Of a stretch of DNA of 64,000 nt, positions 1-64,000 are shown in pieces. Position numbers and translations under genes: made by a program. The DNA lies in contig NC_068981.1 in the NCBI RefSeq assembly GCF_001194135.2, forward strand, positions 115,521,672 to 115,585,671, read 5' to 3'. The stretch is from Octopus bimaculoides. Taxonomy: Eukaryota. Position 1 is the stretch's first letter; each line of letters opens with the position of its first letter. The notes beneath the pieces were generated by a model. That model was not told the DNA's origin. It saw only the letters and a list, made by a program, of their open reading frames with translations, and searched no databases.

Positions 1-48
<48 letters not shown>

Positions 49-291
49 CACATATATACATATATATATGTATATATGTATATATATATATATATATANN
101 NNNNNNNNNNNNNNNNNNNNNNNNNNNNNNNNNNNNNNNNNNNNNNNNNNNNNNNNNNNNNNNNNNNNNNNNNNNNNNNNNNNNNNNNNNNNNNNNNNNN
201 NNNNNNNNNNNNNNNNNNNNNNNNNNNNNNNNNNNNNNNNNNNATATATATGTATATACATATATATATATGTATCTATATATCTATCTAT

Positions 292-329
<38 letters not shown>

Positions 330-1947
330 CTATATATACACACATATACATACATATGTATGTATGATAAACATCTAAGAAATGAATTAGTGATATTACA
401 TTGCTTACAACCGTTTTAATAACTCAGATGGTGCAAAAGGGACTATATTCTGCGATGAAATATTTGGCATAATAACCAGAGCTTGGTGGACTAGGTGGCC
501 GGGGGTGCTTGAGTGGCACAGGTACGAGACCAGCGAACTCGAAGGAATAGAAGCCATCATTTTAGCGATGGAAAAGACAGTTAGATCCAGGATATTACCT
601 TGCGTAGCAACAGTGCCATCTTAGATGTGGGTGTAGAACTCCCCTTGCTAGTCAGTAAAAGTTGGGTATTGAAATATATTCTGATTTTGTGTGTGCGCGA
701 GCGCGTGTGCGTGTTAATATGTGCATTCATAAATTGGCTGGTACGAACTGTTTATAGATATGGTTTATAGCGGAAGCAACTTCTTAGAACGAATATGCAA
801 AATATAACATACAGCTGTCACACTATGAACATTCATAAATGATAATTATCAATGAGCTTTAAGTGAAAAAGAAACAACAACAGTTCCTTGTACAATAAGA
901 GAACAATAAGATCAAAATGGGTGAGTTGGTATGAAAAGAATTTTAAAAATGCGCTCTAAAACCTTTTCTATGGACGCAGAAACAACGAGCAAAGACGACG
1001 TGAAAGTCAATAGAGGTGAGCAAGTTAGTACGAAATGTTTTATAGAAGAGCGTACTGAGCAGGTTGTCGTTCATCTTGTGACTGGTATATAATGTCGTTT
1101 GATCTTTCACCAATTTGATGAGATCAGTTCTATTTACAATTTATTAGAATATGCCTGGCGCTACAAGCAATTAAAACCATTAGTGGTGCATTAAGTTAAT
1201 AGTGTATATAATTGTTCACGGTAAAGTAGACTAAGAACTAAATGCCTCGGCGATGAAAAGTAACAGCAAAAAGTATTTTTCAGAATACATAGCACATAGA
1301 ACGAATAGCCACATCATAGAGCCAGGTTTTAAAAGTAGCATTATATTGGACAATGCTGTCCTTGCCTTGTTGATTAATTGAGACTGTCTATGAATTTAAT
1401 ACAAATAAATTCATTTTAAAATGTTTATTACGTTAAGATATTATGCTTTTAAGTTTTAAACATCTCATAAAGGGAGTTCATAGCTACAAATTGCATGGTT
1501 AATATCAGTTGATCAACATTTTCTAACTCATTTTATAATATGAGTGAAGCGCTATCATATTAATGTGTAGAATGTTCCACTAAAATAATTTCCTCTGTAC
1601 TTTGGTGTGATAAGGTGTCTTCTTGGATGACAGAGGAAATTATGTATGACAGCGAACTATTATTTGATACGGACCTAAAATATCTCGACATTTCCTGATT
1701 GACATGACTGACAGGAACATTACTATCGGTAGGCAACAAAATTATTATTGATCTTAAACTAATCCATATGTCTTCCAAAATATCTTTCAGTTTAAGCAGT
1801 ATGTCTTCCTGAATGTATAAGTCCAAAATCCCATAAACACACGCATATTTATGTATATATATGCACTGATAGCTATTTTAATCATGCTACTCAGTATATT
1901 TCATTTTGATGTCATTTTGAGAATTGTATTTTTTTTTTCTATTGCAG

Positions 1948-63147
<61,200 letters not shown>

Positions 63148-63964
63148 TGTGCTAACGAGAGAAAGAAAGAGCGACAGAAAAACAGAGTAATGGAATTCAC
63201 CTTCTGAAACGTTTGTTCATTCTTGTACAAAAATAACAAAACAAAACAAAAAACAACAAAAACAAAAGCAAAAACACAACAAAAAAAAACGAGAAGAAAG
63301 AAGCTCTGACGATATGAATGACTAAATGTTTTAAAGCCTTCCTTCGTCATGACTAAGGAGCAAGAGTATATATATCAACATTATAGATGCATGCGTGATA
63401 TTTCTGTGTGTGTATGTGTGTGTGTGTGTGCTTGTCTGTGTATTTGTGCAGATGTATACATACACAAATAAGTGTGAGTATACATAGACACATACGTTTC
63501 GGAGGGGTAAATATTACCTACATATGTGTTATATCTCTGAAAGTATGCATGCATTTTAGTAAGTATTGTTAAATCCATCGGGAATGTGTATTTCTGTGCA
63601 AAGTTTACGTAGAGGGCTCATCAGTACTATCTGAAACAAGAAAGAACAAACGAGATTTGCATTTTACTCTAGTGTTTCAGTTCATTCCGCTAACAATTAC
63701 ACACGTACACATATGCACATAATAGATGTGTATATAAATACAGAAACACGCACACACATACATACATGCATACTTACATACAAACACACATACGTATATA
63801 TAATGTATGTATATATATATGTACATATATATATATAATATATGTATATATATATATGTGTGTCTATATATATGCGCATATATATATACATATATATATA
63901 TACATTTATGTATATATACATTCATATATATATATGTGTGTGTGTATGTGTGTATATATATATA

Positions 63965-64000
<36 letters not shown>

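Noticed and set aside
1-1947. Upstream ADAMTS catalytic exon (HExxHxxGxxHD / WSxCS)
   Set aside because: No such motif in the + frames examined. The open stretch at about 420-625 (NSDGAKGTIFCDE...) has no ADAMTS similarity. The exon lies upstream of the window or in the gap.
63148-64000. Polyadenylation signal of the ADAMTS gene
   Set aside because: No AATAAA or ATTAAA was found. The 3'UTR probably extends beyond the window or uses a variant signal.

Overview
Eukaryotic, AT-rich, microsatellite-dense DNA with many N gaps. The SINE families and the (AT/CA/TATG/AAT)n load suggest an octopus or other coleoid cephalopod (inference). The window is almost entirely the 3' part of one + strand ADAMTS metalloprotease gene of the ADAMTS16/18 type. 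Fifteen GT-AG exons (1948-63147) splice by hand into one uninterrupted frame of about 763 aa: end of catalytic domain/disintegrin-like, TSR1, Cys-rich, spacer, five more TSRs, PLAC, stop. The catalytic exons lie upstream of the window. The introns hold at least four SINE families and fragments of R4/Dong-like, CR1/L2-like, RTE and Tx1-like LINEs. They also contain a degenerate but near-complete Naiad-type Penelope-like element with a candidate minimal hammerhead ribozyme, Merlin and MULE transposase remnants, a Helentron-type non-autonomous element and two palindromes. There is no CRISPR, rRNA or true tRNA gene. The best leads are: the hammerhead, whose predicted cut site coincides with a tandem-repeat boundary; a mirror-symmetric SINE/Dong cluster built on TAA microsatellites; a LINE insertion bounded by a 16-bp direct repeat (possible 3' transduction); and a >=1-kb imperfect palindrome. 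All identities are judged by eye. No database searches were run.
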